Of a stretch of DNA of 43,228 nucleotides, positions 42,272 through 43,228 are shown in pieces. The DNA comes from a virus. Under the pieces are notes generated by a model that saw only the letters and a program-made list of their open reading frames with translations, was not told the DNA's origin and made no database searches. The position numbers were made by a program, and so were the translations under genes. Each line of letters starts with the position of its first letter. The stretch's first letter is position 1. The DNA lies in IMG/VR virus record IMGVR_UViG_3300024518_000010; one strand, written 5' to 3'.

Positions 42272-42775
42272 TTAACCGCCGACATTAGTCCTCTGAAACC
42301 TCACCTTCGACCTCACCTCATGCCAATACCCGTGCGGCAGATCTGGGTCCGGCTTGGCAAACACTACCCCCGGCACCTTATACACCTGATTAGTCTTCAC
42401 CCACACCGAGATCCTCTCCTTTGTCTCATCGTCAAATCGAACGGCAAACAACAGCCTCGGATTGCGGCACCTCTTAACCACTCGTAACCGCTCTATGTTA
42501 GGATCGGGAGCCGGGGCGGCAGTTCTCTCCTCCACCTTCTCAATAATCAACTCACCAACAACACTATCAACCCCGACCTCCTTCGCCAAAGCAATAGCAC
42601 CCTCCCTGTTCCACTTAATCTTCCTGGGCCTCGACCTGTTTCTAGTCCAATGCAAGCCCTCCCTGAAATTACCGTGGAAATCAAGCCGCATCTTAGTCAT
42701 CTTAGTCCGAGATATGCCATACGCCTCGGCCAACTCGTCCTCATACATGGTCCAGTTATCTTTTTTTTCGGTCAT
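42272..42775 (-). CDS. Hypothetical protein with an N-terminal HTH-like segment, 167 aa
   Basis: DELAEAYGISRTKMTKMR. The start is ambiguous: 42775, 42748 or 42802. Confidence 0.5.
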   Translation of the reverse strand: MTEKKDNWTMYEDELAEAYGISRTKMTKMRLDFHGNFREGLHWTRNRSRPRKIKWNREGAIALAKEVGVDSVVGELIIEKVEERTAAPAPDPNIERLRVVKRCRNPRLLFAVRFDDETKERISVWVKTNQVYKVPGVVFAKPDPDLPHGYWHEVRSKVRFQRTNVGG

Positions 42776-43106
42776 ATCGCTTGCCAGTATTATGCTCCAC
42801 ACCTACTGCTCGATCATCCCACAACTCAATCATCCCAAAATCCTTTACACACGTAATAGGCAGCTCTTGTCCAATATGCCTCTGACACCACTCATATATC
42901 GGCCGGTTCACAACATCAAACCCTACCTCACTCCATGCGCTCGCCCTGGCAGTGAATACCTTCACCGACTTGCCCCCCTTTAACCACTTCTGCACGCGCT
43001 CTACCATCGGCAATATCGGCGCCCCTATCTCATTCCAGTCCATGCTGCCATGATACTCGGCCAACGTGCCATCGAGGTCTACTCCTATCCAGGGATCTCT
43101 ATTCAT
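42756..43106 (-). CDS. HAD-superfamily phosphatase / nucleotidase-like protein
   Basis: Motif I IGVDLDGTL, motif II-like VFTAR, and a distal acidic LWDDRA. ATG at 43106; a GTG lies one codon upstream. Confidence 0.7.
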   Translation of the reverse strand: MNRDPWIGVDLDGTLAEYHGSMDWNEIGAPILPMVERVQKWLKGGKSVKVFTARASAWSEVGFDVVNRPIYEWCQRHIGQELPITCVKDFGMIELWDDRAVGVEHNTGKRYDRKKR

Positions 43107-43228
43107 CACACTTCACAAAAATCGACTTAATCGCCCAATACGTCGCCTCTTCAATCTTGGTCAAGGCAATACTTAGTTCCCTGCTGGGTGGGCACTTTCC
43201 GTTCAATGCTCCTGCCAGACCATGACAA
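43102..43228. repeat. Terminal direct repeat copy 2, identical to 1..127
   Basis: Exact 127-bp identity read directly. Confidence 0.97.

Overview
The window is one complete, circularly closed dsDNA phage genome of about 43.1 kb. Bases 1..127 recur exactly at 43102..43228. There is no tape-measure, sheath or tube gene, but there are three consecutive internal or ejection-type proteins (one of 1227 aa) and many fibre genes, so the architecture looks podovirus-like. Two transcription arms diverge from a repeat-rich regulatory region at 2614..3172. The rightward (+) arm, 3173..13959, starts with a SAM methyltransferase, a small unknown ORF and a Cys-rich Gp88-like protein. An ~870-bp non-coding repeat island (4589..5380) follows, then a leftward tyrosine integrase (5381..6346). 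Next comes a replication and recombination module: RHH regulator, Vsr/DUF559-like endonuclease, DUF2800/Cas4-like nuclease, family A DNA polymerase and PrimPol/SF3 primase-helicase. The leftward (-) arm runs 2613->1, crosses the circular junction and continues 43106->13909. It carries small early genes (HTH protein, DUF551-like paralogs, TM micro-ORFs, HAD phosphatase, Lar-like anti-restriction protein). After these come TerL, portal, a DUF5664/MazZ-like dNTP pyrophosphohydrolase, scaffold, major capsid, tail and fibre genes and the internal virion proteins. Most worth a second look: (1) an aberrant tRNA-Met-like element at 1354..1427; (2) the integrase-proximal array of eight GGTGTAGGGT sites interleaved with 27-bp quasi-palindromes, a candidate attP or ori; (3) three sigma70-like promoters placed 8-9 nt before start codons, implying leaderless early mRNAs; (4) the methyltransferase / Fe-S-like early operon, a possible DNA-modification module; (5) a six-gene receptor-binding cassette with shared N-terminal anchors; (6) a shared LLLETGD motif that reveals an untracked 51-aa ORF; (7) no recognisable endolysin. 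All functional calls rest on motifs read by eye. No database search was run.
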